NCBI GenBank assembly: GCA_040954595.2
Contig: CM082598.2
Span: 2,542,001-2,606,000, forward strand
DNA from: Balanoglossus misakiensis
Taxonomy: Eukaryota; Animalia; Hemichordata
Direction: 5' to 3'
Length of the DNA stretch: 64,000 nt
Numbering within the stretch: position 1 is the first letter of the stretch; every line of letters begins with the position of its first letter. Of the stretch, positions 1 through 12,803 are shown one piece after another. The translations under genes and the position numbers were made by a program. Under the pieces are notes generated by a model, which searched no databases, was not told the DNA's origin, and worked only from the letters and a program-made list of their open reading frames with translations.

Positions 1-48
1 GTTTCTGTAAATGAAATTCAAACAAAGATATACTAGTGATATACTTAC

Positions 49-2195
49 TTTCCAAAACTGTCCGATAAAACATCCCAACTTTATAACGAGGTTTCTTGTG
101 TCCTTTGTCCTTTGTTGGAACTGCATAAAATAAATATGGATTAAGATTCAATATTTTAAGCTGATTATGAGTTAGAATGTGGATTAGTATGACTACATGT
201 TCCATTTATTTGTGTGAGCATCTCATTGGTTTTATTGATAAATTTAAGAATTCATTTTGCCTTACCAACTGAGCTAGACACTGTCCCATCATGAAAGTGC
301 ACGGCGTAGCAGTATGGAAAGTTCGGCTCCCCAAACTTTTCAATATCAGCACCTGTGTCTTTATCTGTCCTGTAGATTTGTGGGTCGTAGTAATGTAACC
401 AATAGACGTAGTCACCAGCAACAGCCAAGCCATAGGTGTAGGGCACCGGTAAATCAACCAATGTTTCGTGTGATCCCTTGATCAGGTCATAGACTCCAAT
501 CTGGTAGTAATCACTCCAGTAAAGTTTCCTATCTGTGAAAAACAACAGTACACAAACAATATGGGATATGAATACACAAACATGCCCCACTGATAACCAT
601 GTTTACTAACTAATTCAATATATTGACAACGGCTTGGCTTAATACGTACCTTTCTTATCCAAAGCAAGTCTGTAGGGATAGTGAAGGCCAGATGTCAAGT
701 TCTGTCTGTTATTTCCATCCAGATTGCTCTTCTCTATCTTGCCAGGGTAACAATCTGACCAGTAAAGGGTACTACGTAAATGAAATTAATAATAATAATA
801 ATAATAATAAATAATAATAATAATAATAATAATAAACATGTGCTGTTTTCAAGACAAGGTATTTTTTTTCTCAAAACAATAACAACAACAACAATAATAA
901 TACTGATACAAACAAAAGCGAGCACCATCCACCATCAGCATTTATCATCAACAGCATCACATTATTGTCATTACTGGAGAACAGCAACAACAACCACATA
1001 TATCACAATGAGAACAACAGGCTGTTGGAGAGCTATTGTTCTCTTTCATTGTGACAAAGTGCTACAATACGTGCCTGTCTTCACTGTCAACCAGGACATC
1101 ATACGGGCAGTTCAGGTCATCTTTAACCATAGACTCTCGATTTCCACCATCAAAATCTGCTCGTTCAATCTCGTGTCCTTCAAAGTCAGACCAGTAAATT
1201 TTTCGGTTCTTGTGATCCAGGGTTAAACCCCATAAGTCTGAAAAGAGATAATTTAGGAACGTATACTTTGTAATCATTCCATAAATGGTTGGGTCGAAAA
1301 ATACATGAGTGATCAGTCTTGTCCACGTCCCAAAGCATAATGCACCAGATGGTAATACATGTAGATGATCAAAATACTGAAAAAAATGGCAAAAACAACA
1401 GTTTATGTAGCTGTCGATAAAATGTTTTATGCAGTCAAATCACTGCATGATATAAGAACCATAGTAATAATTAATTGTGAATGGAAATAGTAATATTTCA
1501 ATCGCAAATATGATGTGGTTATATACATTGAAAAGGCACATAAATATTGTACCACACTTACATGATATATTATGCGAAATTATGACTTCTCGTCTAGCAC
1601 CATCCAATGCGGCCCTGTTTATTGTGTCAAAGTCCTGGTCAGCCCAGTACACCATGTTATCTACAGTGTCAAAATCGAGCCCGGTAGGCCTGTCGGTCAA
1701 GTCCAAGTTCATAGGTGTGTACTTCAGTGTTGAAGATTGAAGGTCAACTTTCAAAATGTCATGGTGGTAGTAACTTCCCACGAGCAGAAATTGTTCAGAA
1801 TTGTTGCCTGAAATGCAAATCAGATGGTGCAAGTCTTGTGGTAGCACTGACTCGCAAAGTTTGATAGAGTTTTGTATGCCCCCGGCCGCAGTAAAGCAAA
1901 GATTGCGTTGTCATTTCCGATACAGCTGTTGCAAAGATTGATCATTTGGGGGAAAAAACATCTGTGAATTAATTTATATATATGGCAACATTGAGTACGT
2001 TTCATTTCTACAGTAACAGCAAATGAACATCCAGTATTTGTTCCTCTCGATTATTTTGTTGTTTGTTTTGAAACATACATTCGTCTACAAATGTTACTTA
2101 CCTGCATTTTTCACACTTCTTTTGCCGGCTATGTTTAGACTACACAGCGAGAGAGTCGTTAAAACATAGAACGTTGCCGTTGAGCTTGGACACAT
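49..2195 (-). CDS. Secreted or membrane protein with YWTD (LDL-receptor class B) beta-propeller repeats, LRP-like; 3' end probably beyond the window
   Basis: Frame-consistent exons: 2195-2102 (MCPSSTATFYVLTTLSLCSLNIAG, signal-like), 1807-1562, 1237-1075, 771-650, 532-266, 120-49. Repeats DTVDNMVYWAD, DHKNRKIYWSD, DSEDSTLYWSD, DKKDRKLYWSD and GDYVYW. Exon 771-650 is not in the ORF track. The last exon boundary is less certain. Confidence 0.85.
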
Positions 2196-2710
2196 GGCGA
2201 TCAATGCACACCTGTCACATGCTGTCAGAAATCACTTTGTCATGTCAGCTGGACATGTAGTTTAAAAAAAATTTGCATGCAGTACATCACTCTGGTGTTT
2301 TGTTCATGTATAATTGCGATTCTCATTTGATTGCTGGTTTCCTCTTCATAATCTCCAAGTTCAGTAGCTATAAGGCTCATGGAATTTTGTAAGCTTCTAT
2401 GAAGCATTCGAACTGGTACACAGTCGCACTAGTTGGATATTTTTATTTATCAATGATGGAAAGTTATAAATCTGTGTTTTCTTTTTCTCTTTCTAAATTG
2501 ATGGTGAAAATTAACGTACGGTACATGAAAATCCAATAGAGAAAGGTCACCAATGTGAGATGTATGCATAAATGTATTTATTACAATAATTCTTCTACTC
2601 AGTACTGAGTCTACAGACCTGTCTGAACATTTCTAGGTTGAACTCTGACCCAGCGGTACATATCACGTGCCAAGGTCAGTTGTTCTAGATATACTGGTTA
2701 CAGTATAACA

Positions 2711-5680
2711 ATGGTTGTCTATGACATATGTGTTGTGGGTGCAGGTCTTATCGGCTCTGCTGCGGCCAAACATGCTACACTTAGTTCACCACAGTTAAAG
2801 ATATGTCTGGTTGGACCAAAGGAACCCAAGGTATATGTAGGGCTCGAAAAATCATCCTCACACCAGTGTTCTTGGTTGCTCCCCGTGGATTGTAAATAAG
2901 CATGTTTGTTTATTGTTGAGTTTATCAAGCATTTGACCAAGGTCGTATTCAGGTGTTGAATCAGGCAAATAGCTTCACCTCAACATCACCAAATTTTGTT
3001 TTATTGTACATGTACCGGTATCACCTATGCATAATAGTGTGTCAATCATGTTCATCAGACAGCTTTTTACATCTAGTACTGTTCAGTTTAAACTTGGTGA
3101 GGTATGAGAGTGTCATGTCATTTTTGTAGGCTTAACCCTTTCACCAACATGGTTCAGTCCAGATCCATTGTTTTCTATAGTGAAGTTGGACCTCTAAAAG
3201 AGGAAACTGGGTTGAAAGGGTTAAGGGGGAAGGGTCATATCATTTTTGAAGGGTGCAAGGCCAGCGAGGGTCATATAATTTTCTCAACACATTCGGGCAG
3301 TTCCTAATATATCAAATTTGATATAAACTGAAGGAGAAATGGTGAAAGGGTTAAACCACAGTGCCTAATGGCGTTATAACTACGGTTCAAACAGTCTGTA
3401 TTTAAAACCATATTAATCATCATTTTTCCGTTATTCCTATTAATTGCAGGACAGGCTTTCGTGTCATCATGGCATATTTGGATCGCATTTTGATGAAGGT
3501 CGCATCACCAGGATGCTTGATGAGGATCCAGTCAAGGCTGACCTTGCCAAGAGGTCAATTCAAAGATATAGGGAAATAGAGGCTAAATCAGGTACATATA
3601 AATAGTATTTTCAACAAATATACTTTAAGAAACAGTTATTGCATTAAATTTCAACTCTTGAAATGTGACCAATTAACACATGCCTTTTTTTAATTTTCAA
3701 GGTGTGAAGTTCTATACTGAGGTTGGCTTCCTGAAAGCTGTTGCAAAAGGCGATGCGAGCCTGCGCCAATATCTACAAAGTGCAGAAATCGTGAACGCCG
3801 AGTTTCAGCTTATGGAGAGTGATGAAGTCACTCAGAAGTTTCCCTTCCTGTCAGTCAAAGCCAATGCCCGCTGCTTATTACAATCTGAAAATGCCGGACA
3901 TGTTAGCCCCAGAGCCTTAGTGACCGCACAGCAAACAATCGCCCGACAGCAAGGCTGCACCATCATTGACGACGTGGTAGATCATGTGACTGAGACGACC
4001 CAATCAGACGGTTCCAAGATGATGAGAGTCACCACCGACCAGGGCCGGGTCTTGCACGCCAAGAGGGTACTTCTCACCACAGGGGCATTCACCGAATTTC
4101 GGAAGTTGCTTCCACTGGGAAAAATACTAGACACCAAATTATTGACGCAAACTATTGTACTGGTAGAAGTCACCAACACGGATGCAGAACGACTGAAACA
4201 CATGCCTTCTTTGAGTACAACGTCTCTCTATTTAAAGGATGGATTGGACTGCTATGTGTTGCCACCAATTAAATATCCAGATGGTAAGTTTGGCTTTGAT
4301 GGTTTTTTAACCCTTTCACCCCCAGTTCCCTCTTTAGAGGTCCAACCTTGCCGTAAAAAAACACTATGGGTTTGGACTGAACCATGGTGGTGAAAGGGTT
4401 TAAGTTTTAGAACAGAACATCCATGCCTTAGTCTCTGGACAGAGAGATTTAATTGTTTTGAACATTTCTTCAAATTTGTTTTCCATCATTGGGAACTACT
4501 GTATAAAATTTTGGCACTATGACACTCTTACTGATAATAACTTTTTGGGAATTATCGCAAAAGGGTAAATGTAATTGAATGAACATCGATAACAACATAA
4601 TATTGTAATGTACCGGGTAGTCATTAAGTTTAATTATAATCATGCCTTTTTCTCGTTTTCTGTACAGGCAAATATTATTTGAAAATCGGACATGGTGCTC
4701 AGTATGAACGAGAACTCAAAACTGCTGAAGAAGTTGCTGAATGGTTTCAAACAAACGGTGTCAAGGAAGCCTATCAGTCGCTCTGTGATATTCTGTTTGA
4801 TATAGTCAAAGGTAGGCTTGATTACAGAATGTTTCACCCTTTCACCACTGTGGTTCAGTCCAAACCCATTGCTTTCTAGGGTAAGGTTGGACCTCTTAAG
4901 AGGGAAGTGGGGGTTAAAGGGTTAAGCAGTATCTCATCTCACTTGTCAATTAAGTATTTGGAGTAATTAAGTCAGTTATGTGTGGGTATGAGATTTCAAT
5001 GTAGATGACGTATGATAGTAAGTTTAGGATAGTGTAATCCCCCTAAATTAGCGTATATTAGAGTAGATGGGTATCTTCTTATAATGATCACAGTAAACCG
5101 GTGGTGGTGGATAATTTCATAAAAAATACTGAGATAACTAGTATGTAATTTACTTGTTAATTGAACTGGGTAATCACTTAAACATGGCTGACCACACCAG
5201 CCTGCACAATCACTTTAATCTTAACATTCTCACTTCAAACTCCAAAATATTTAGTCTAGATTGTATTAGAGAAAATAAATGCTTCATTTCCATCGCAAAA
5301 TGCAGAATCATGACATAAAATATACCGACATAATAAGCATCTGATCATTCTGTAGTCCATTTTGAAATACAATCTTTGAGAGATTTCCAAATTTCCTTCT
5401 GTGTATTTACCTATATATAGGTGTTTCACCTGTGTCAATCCATGGTGATAGTTGTGTGACCACAATCACTCCGACTGGCCGGCCGTACTGTGACATGGTC
5501 ACTCCGACACTGGGTGTGACCGTTGGTGGAAACGGCTATGCGGCCAAATCGTCGGACGAGATCGGCCGTATGGGCGCAAGAATGGTCATTGCTGGCCGAT
5601 GGGATCACCACCAGCCGCGGGAGATCTTCAAAGCACAATTTAGAAAAGCGGGAAATCCAAGAATGGATTCTAAATTATAA
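2711..5680 (+). CDS. FAD-dependent oxidoreductase of the DAO/monomeric sarcosine oxidase-like family with peroxisomal PTS1
   Basis: Exons 2711-2830, 3450-3591, 3702-4283, 4668-4811, 5421-5680, all GT-AG and in phase. Rossmann motif VVGAGLIGSAAA, then HFDEGRITR, LLTTGAFT, YVLPPIKYPDG and GGNGYAAKSS; C-terminus -DSKL. Confidence 0.88.
3132..3224 (+). mobile_element. ~85-bp TTAA-flanked MITE (piggyBac-like CCC...GGG ends), family A
   Basis: TTAA-CCCTTTCACC...GTTGAAAGGG-TTAA; near-identical copies occur elsewhere in the window. Confidence 0.75.
4307..4402 (-). mobile_element. MITE family A copy, inverted
   Basis: Reverse complement of the 3132-3224 element, just inside intron 3 of the oxidase gene. 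Confidence 0.72.
4837..4925 (+). mobile_element. MITE family A copy
   Basis: CCCTTTCACCACTGTGGTTCAGTCCAAACCCATTG...AAAGGG-TTAA. Confidence 0.72.
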
Positions 5681-5795
5681 GAATTATAACTGTCAGCGTT
5701 TAAGGGCAAATTGTCATGTGGATCAGTTCTGTGTGGATGATATTACCCAAGAAAAGAATCAGACATTTGTTACCACCATGTTTAATAATGTAGAT

Positions 5796-6050
5796 AGGAA
5801 AATGATAGTGTCATGAAATAAATACTTTATTGACAATGTGATCAAAAGCATGCAGGGATAGAGATACAATTGGTATGAATTAGGAATGTACTTAAAATAT
5901 AATCTGAAAATGTATATAAGATTACAGACAGGAAAATGATTATGTCATGAAATAAATGTACTTTATTGATAATGTGATCAAAAGCATGCAGGGATAGAGA
6001 TACAATTGGTATGAATTAGGAAAGACCTTAAAATATAATCTGAAACAGTA
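5796..6050 (+). repeat. Tandem duplication (~135 bp x2) in the oxidase 3' UTR, each copy with AATAAA
   Basis: AGGAAAATGAT..TGTCATGAAATAAA...TGTGATCAAAAGCATGCAGGGATAGAGATACAATTGG occurs at ~5796 and ~5930. Confidence 0.75.
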
Positions 6051-6674
6051 TACTGTACAAGATGACAGACTTTGTTGTAGTTAAAAAAAAGCAACTTTTT
6101 GATGGACATGAAGTTTGAAACCACCACCATAATTACTGACTTTGTTATTCCCCTTATTTCTTGCATAATATAATTGTGTCATAATTTACATTAAATCAAT
6201 AATATTTTATCAATCAACTTCAACGTTGTCCTAATTTGTCTTGGTCAACCTTAAGAAATTTGAGGTTTTTGTGAATTTAGAATTTGAGAAATTGACTTGA
6301 CTTAAAGTCTGAAATTAGCCCACAAAATTATTTTCTTGGTTGAATTTTTTATTCTTTCATAATTGAATGATACATTCTTAGTACATTAAATTCAATTTTA
6401 CAGATTGTCAAAATCATAAATGATATTTTGTAAATAATTAACACTGTTGTCCAATTTTATCCAGGTGCTTTCCATCCGGAACGATGCGGTGCCATGACAT
6501 GGTGGGAGTCGAGTTCTCCGGAATGTAAGAAGTGTCCGTTGTGGTGAGCTGAGATCACATAAACCTCCAGCGAGTGTTCTGCCCTGTGAGTGAAAAATGA
6601 CATTTGGTGAGTTTACTTTACACATAATATTTGTATAGTTGTCATTAGGGTTTGGTTACATCTGCTACTTCTGT

Positions 6675-9600
6675 TCTGGACATTTTTCATGGGTTATAGC
6701 TCAAGAAAATTTTCCAAACATGACCAGTTCCCAACTTTGAGAACTTTGGTGATTTTGTCATTTCTGGACATTTTTCGTGGGTTATAGCTCATGAAAATTG
6801 TCCAAAAATGACCAGTTCCCAAATTGGAGAACTTTGGTGATTTTGTGATTTCTGGACATTTTTCATGGGTTATAGCTCATGAAAATTGTCCAAAAATGAC
6901 CAGTTCCCAACTTTGAGAACTTGGGTGATTTTGTGATTTCTGGACATTTTTCATGGGTTATAACTCATGAAAATTGTCCAAAAATGACCAGTTCCCAAAT
7001 TGGAGAACTTTGGTGATTTTGTCATCTCTGGACATTTGTCATGGGTTATAGCTCATGAAAATTGTCCAAAAATGACCAGTTCCCAACTTTGAGAACTTGG
7101 GTGATTTTGTGATTTCTGGACATTTTTCATGGGTTATAGCTCATGAAAATTATCCAAAAATGACCAGTTCCCAACTTTGAGAACTTGGGTGATTTTGTGA
7201 TTTCTGGACATTTTTCATGGGTTATAGCTCATGAAAATTGTCCAAAAATGACCAGTTCCAAACTTCGAGAACTTGGGTGATTTTGTCATTTCTGGACATT
7301 TTTCATGGGTTATAGCTCATGAAAATTGTCCAAAAATGACCGGTTCCCAACTTTGAGAACTTTGGTGATTTTGTCATCTCTGGACATTTTTCATGGGTTA
7401 TAGCTCATGAAAATTGTCAAAAAATGACCGGTTCCCAACTTTGAGAACTATGGGGATTTTGTCATCTCTGGACATTTTTCATGGGCTATAGCTCATGAAA
7501 ATTGTCCAAAAATGACCAGTTCCCAACTATGAGAACTTTGGGGATTTTGTCATCTCTGGACATTTTTCATGGGTTATAGCTCATGATAATTGTCCAAAAA
7601 TGACCGGTTCCCAACTTTGAGAACTTTGGTGATTTTGTCATCTCTGGACATTTTTCATGGGTTATAGCTCATGAAAATTGTACAAAAATGACCGGTTCCC
7701 AACTTTGAGAACTTTGGTGATTTTGTCATCTCTGGACATTTTTCATGGGTTATTGCTCATGAAAATTGTACAAAAATGACCGGTTCCCAACTTTGAGAAC
7801 TTTGGTGATTTTGTCATCTCTGGACATTTTTCATGGGTTATTGCTCATGAAAATTGTACAAAAATGACCGGTTCCCAACTTTGAGAACTTTGGTGATTTT
7901 GTCATCTCTGGACATTTTTCATGGGTTATTGCTCATGAAAATTGTACAAAAATGACCGGTTCCCAACTTTGAGAACTTTGGTGATTTTGTCATCTCTGGA
8001 CATTTTTCATGGGCTATAGCTCATGAAAATTGTCCAAAAATGACCGGTTCCCAACTTTGAGAACTTTGGTGATTTTGTCATCTCTGGACATTTTTCATGG
8101 GTTATAGCTCATGAAAATTGTCCAAAAATGACCGGTTCCCAACTTTGAGAACTTTGGTGATTTTGTCATCTCTGGACATTTTTCATGGGTTATAGCTCAT
8201 GATAATTGTCCAAAAATGACCGGTTCCCAACTTTGAGAACTTTGGGGATTTTGTCATCTCTGGACATTTTTCATGGGTTATAGCTCATGAAAATTGTCCA
8301 AAAATGACCGGTTCCCAACTTTGAGAACCTTGGGGATTTTGTCATCTCTGGACATTTTTCATGGGTTATAGCTCATGAAAATTGTCAAAAAATGACCGGT
8401 TCCCAACTTTGACAACCTTGGGGATTTTGTCATCTCTGGACATTTTTCATGGGCTATAGCTCATGAAAATTGTCAAAAAATGACCGGTTCCCAACTTTGA
8501 CAACCTTGGTGATTTTGTCATCTCTGGACATTTTTCATGGGTTATAGCTCATGAAAATTGTCAAAAAATGACCGGTTCCCAACTTTGACAACCTTGGTGA
8601 TTTTGTCATCTCTGGACATTTTTCATGGGTTATAGCTCATGAAAATTGTCAAAAAATGACCGGTTCCCAACTTTGAGAACCTTGGTGATTTTGTCATCTC
8701 TGGACATTTTTCATGGGTTATAGCTCATGAAAATTGTCAAAAAATGACCGGTTCCCAACTTTGAGAACCTTGGGGATTTTGTCATCTCTGGACATTTTTC
8801 ATGGGTTATAGCTCATGAAAATTGTCAAAAAATGACCGGTTCCCAACTTTGAGAACCTTGGGGATTTTGTCATCTCTGGACATTTTTCATGGGTTATAGC
8901 TCATGAAAATTGTCAAAAAATGACCGGTTCCCAACTTTGACAACCTTGGTGATTTTGTCATCTCTGGACGTTTTTCATGGGTTATAGCTCATGAAAATTG
9001 TCCAAAAATGACCGGTTCCCAACTTTGACAACCTTGGTGATTTTGTCATCTCTGGACATTTTTCATGGGTTATAGCTCATGAAAATTTTCAAAAATGACC
9101 AGTTCCCAACTTTGAGAACTTTGGGGATTTTATCATCTCTGGACATTTTTCATGGGTTATAGCTCATGAAAATTGTCCAAAAATGACCGGTTCCCAACTT
9201 TGAGAACTTTGGGGATTTTGTCATCTCTGGACATTTTTCATGGGTTATAGCTCATGAAAATTGTCCAAAAATGACCAGTTCCCAACTTTGAGAACTTTGG
9301 GGATTTTGTCATCTCTGGACATTTTTCATGGGTTATAGCTCATGAAAATTGTCCAAAAATGACCAGTTCCCAACTTTGAGAACTTTGGGGATTTTGTCAT
9401 CTCTGGACATTTTTCATGGGTTATAGCTCATGAAAATTGTCCAAAAATGACCGGTTCCCAACTTTGAGAACTTTCGTGATTTTGTCATCTCTGGACATTT
9501 TTCATGGGTTATAGCTCATGAAAATTGTCAAAAAATGACCGGTTCCCAACTTTGAGAACCTTGGGGATTTTGTCATCTCTGGACATTTTTCATGGGTTAT

Positions 9601-10761
9601 AGCGCATGAAAATTGTCAAAAAATGACCGGTTCCCAACTTTGAGAACCTTGGGGATTTTGTCATCTCTGGACATTTTTCATGGGTTATAGCTGATGAAAA
9701 TTGTCCAAAAATGCCCGGTTCCCAACTTTGAGAACCTTGGGGATTTTGTCATCTCTGGACATTTTTCATGGGTTATAGCTCATGAAAATTGTCAAAAAAT
9801 GACCGGTTCCCAACTTTGAGAACCTTGGTGATTTTGTCATCTCTGGACATTTTTCATGGGTTATAGCTCATGAAAATTGTCAAAAAATGACCGGTTCCCA
9901 ACTTTGAGAACCTTGGTGATTTTGTCATCTCTGGACATTTTTCATGGGTTATAGCTCATGAAAATTGTCAAAAAATGACCGGTTCCCAACTTTGAGAACC
10001 TTGGGGATTTTGTCATCTCTGGACATTTTTCATGGGTTATAGCTCATGAAAATTGTCCAAAAATGCCCGGTTCCCAACTTTGAGAACTTTGGGGATTTTG
10101 TCATCTCTGGACATTTTTCATGGGTTATAGCTCATGAAAATTGTCCAAAAATGACCGGTTCCCAACTTTGACAACCTTGGTGATTTTGTCATCTCTGGAC
10201 ATTTTTCATGGGTTATAGCTCATGAAAATTGTCAAAAATGACCAGTTCCCAACTTTGAGAACTTTGGGGATTTTGTCATCTCTGGACATTTTTCATGGGT
10301 TATAGCTCATGAAAATTGTCAAAAAATGACCGGTTCCCAACTTTGAGAACCTTGGGGATTTTGTCATCTCTGGACATTTTTCATGGGTTATAGCTCATGA
10401 AAATTGTCAAAAAATGACCGGTTCCCAACTTTGACAACCTTGGTGATTTTGTCATCTCTGGACATTTTTCATGGGTTATAGCTCATGAAAATTGTCCAAA
10501 AATGACCGGTTCCCAACTTTGAGAACTTTGGTGATTTTGTCATCTCTGGACATTTTTCATGGGTTATAGCTCATGAAAATTGTCCAAAAATGACCAGTTC
10601 CCAACTTTGAGAACTTTGGGGATTTTGTCATCTCTGGACATTTTTCATGGGTTATAGCTCATGAAAATTGTCAAAAAATGACTGGTTCCCAACTTTGAGA
10701 ACTTTCGTGATTTTGTCATCTCTGGACATTTTTCATGGGTTATAGCTCATGAAAATTGTCC
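6675..10761. repeat. Satellite array, 88-bp unit, ~46 copies
   Basis: Unit TCTGGACATTTTTCATGGGTTATAGCTCATGAAAATTGTCCAAAAATGACCGGTTCCCAACTTTGAGAACTTTGGTGATTTTGTCATC; period measured from 7555 to 7643. Confidence 0.97.
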
Positions 10762-11544
10762 AGTTCCCTTTGGTGATTTTGTTTAATTGCTAGCATCATT
10801 ATACTTACCCTGATTTTGTTGTTTGCATTGCAGTGATCGAGTTCAGACGATGTGAAATCAACTCAATGCTCAGATGGTGGCTGATAGAATCCAAGAACGC
10901 TGTACAGGTAAGACTGAATCAATTTCAATCTGACTCCCACACCCCTTCATTTAATATCATTGTCATTATCACAACTCCGACATTCCTTCTGTAATCTCAC
11001 TATCATTAACACGACTGGCATCCAGCGAATACTTCGGCGATGGTTTATGGAACCCAAGATGGCTTTTTAGGTAGTTTAGGTAAGACTCATTCATTCCTTC
11101 TTTTAATCTCATTTTCATTAACACAACTGGAACTACTGTTGTTGTTTTTTTTTATTGAAAGTAGAGTAAACCCTCAAAAATTTTCTAAGTTTTTTTTTTT
11201 TTTTTTCAAATTCACAGTAGAGTAAATCCTGAAAAATATTCTAAGTTTTTTTTTCGAATTGACAGCAGAGTAAATCCTGTAAATTATTCTAAGTTTTTTA
11301 CTTCTTGTATCATATACTCATCCTCAACTTCACTCAAAACATCACAGTAGAAGATCATACTTTATTTAATATCATTTTATTTCATTTCTATAAAATCATG
11401 ACAAAACCAAAATGTTGAAATTCAACTTGTATTCTCTTTCTGTTTCAGGTGGAGGAGTCCGACCAATTCTGGATAATCTGAAAAGTGTCAAGAGGAAAAC
11501 GAAGCAAATTAGAAACTAAGTATAATGTTAGGTCATAAAACAAC

Positions 11545-12395
11545 TTTGCTTTTCTATTACGTATCAATGTCATCACTACCAATAGTGATAGACATTGATA
11601 TGTAGTAGAAAGCAAAGTTAAATACAAGTAGAGGGTACACTTTCAAAATAACTTTTGAAAGTGTACCCCCTACTTGTATTTAACTTTGCTTTCTACTACA
11701 TATCAATGTCTATCACTATCACTATTGGTAGTGATGACATTGATATGTAATAGAAAAGCAAAGTGAAATCATCACTACAAATAGTGATAGTGATGATATT
11801 GATATGTAGTAGAAAGCAAAGTTAAATACAAGTAGGGGGTACACTTTCAAAAAAATTTCTAAGTTATTTTGAAAGTGTACCCCCTACTTGTATTTAACTT
11901 TGCTTTCTACTACATATCAATGTCATCACTATCACTATTTGTAGTGATGACATTGATATGTACTAGAAAGCAAAGTTAAATACAAGTAGGGGGTACACTT
12001 TCAAAAAAATTTCTAAGTTATTTTGAAAGTGTACCCCTCTACTTGTATTTAACTTTGCTTTCTACTACATATCAATGTAAGGAAGTAGGAACACTTTCAA
12101 AAAATTTCTAAGTTTTTGAAAGTGTACCTCCTTCCTTATATATTGGTCAAAAACTTAGAACTTAGAAGTTTTTGACCAATATATAAGGAAGGAGGTACAC
12201 TTTCAAAAACTTAGAACTTAGAAGTTTTTGACCAATATATAAGGAAGGAGGTACACTTTCAAAAACTTAGAAATTTTTTGAAAGTGTTCCTACTTCCTTA
12301 CGTATTGGTCAAGAACTTAGAAAATAATTCTAAGTTCTTGACCAATACATAAGAAAAGAAGGAATACTTTCAAAAATTTTCTAAGTTTTATTAAA
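11545..12395. repeat. Chain of long inverted repeats (foldback-like region)
   Basis: Module TAGAAAGCAAAGTTAAATACAAGTAGRGGGTACACTTTCAAAA alternates with its reverse complement; hairpin centres near 11650, 11860 and 12015, followed by shorter derived modules. Confidence 0.85.
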
Positions 12396-12522
12396 GTTCC
12401 CGCCCACGCCACCCACACCACCCTTACCAACCCACCGAAATCGGCAAAAGACTAATAAAGTTGGGGTATAACTCTTACTGTGGTTGAGTAACTTGTTATT
12501 TTTTGGACAACTGCATCATGGG

Positions 12523-12657
12523 TATCCTAATCTATGCAGGATCTTTTCATATGCAAAAATAATCTGCATATTATGCATAATACTCAGATTATCTGAATAT
12601 TATGCATAATATGCAGATTATTTTTGCATATGAAAAGATCCTGCATAGATTAGGATA
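12523..12657. repeat. Near-perfect palindrome with ~58-bp arms
   Basis: TATCCTAATCTATGCAGGATCTTTTCATATGCAAAAATAATCTGCATATTATGCATAATA ... TATTATGCATAATATGCAGATTATTTTTGCATATGAAAAGATCCTGCATAGATTAGGATA. Confidence 0.9.
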
Positions 12658-12803
12658 CACCATGTACAGTTAATTCCACACACACTCCAATCATACACTA
12701 AACAGTATACAGTAAATGTTATCAGTTTTCAAAATTGCTAAAACAAATTTTTCAAATAGCATTGATATTAATTCTTTTAAAGAAATTAATCACGAAATTT
12801 TGA

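Noticed and set aside
780-1226. 148-aa plus-strand ORF with poly-I/N/T
   Set aside because: Made of (AAT)n and (ACA)n microsatellites and antisense to a YWTD exon.
6675-10761. CRISPR array (palindromic repeat plus spacer)
   Set aside because: Spacers are near-identical, there are no cas genes and the context is eukaryotic; this is a satellite.
6464-11520. Exon-like segments around the 88-bp satellite (6464-6523, 10833-10907, from 11449)
   Set aside because: Plausible splice sites, but I could not join them into a consistent or recognisable ORF.
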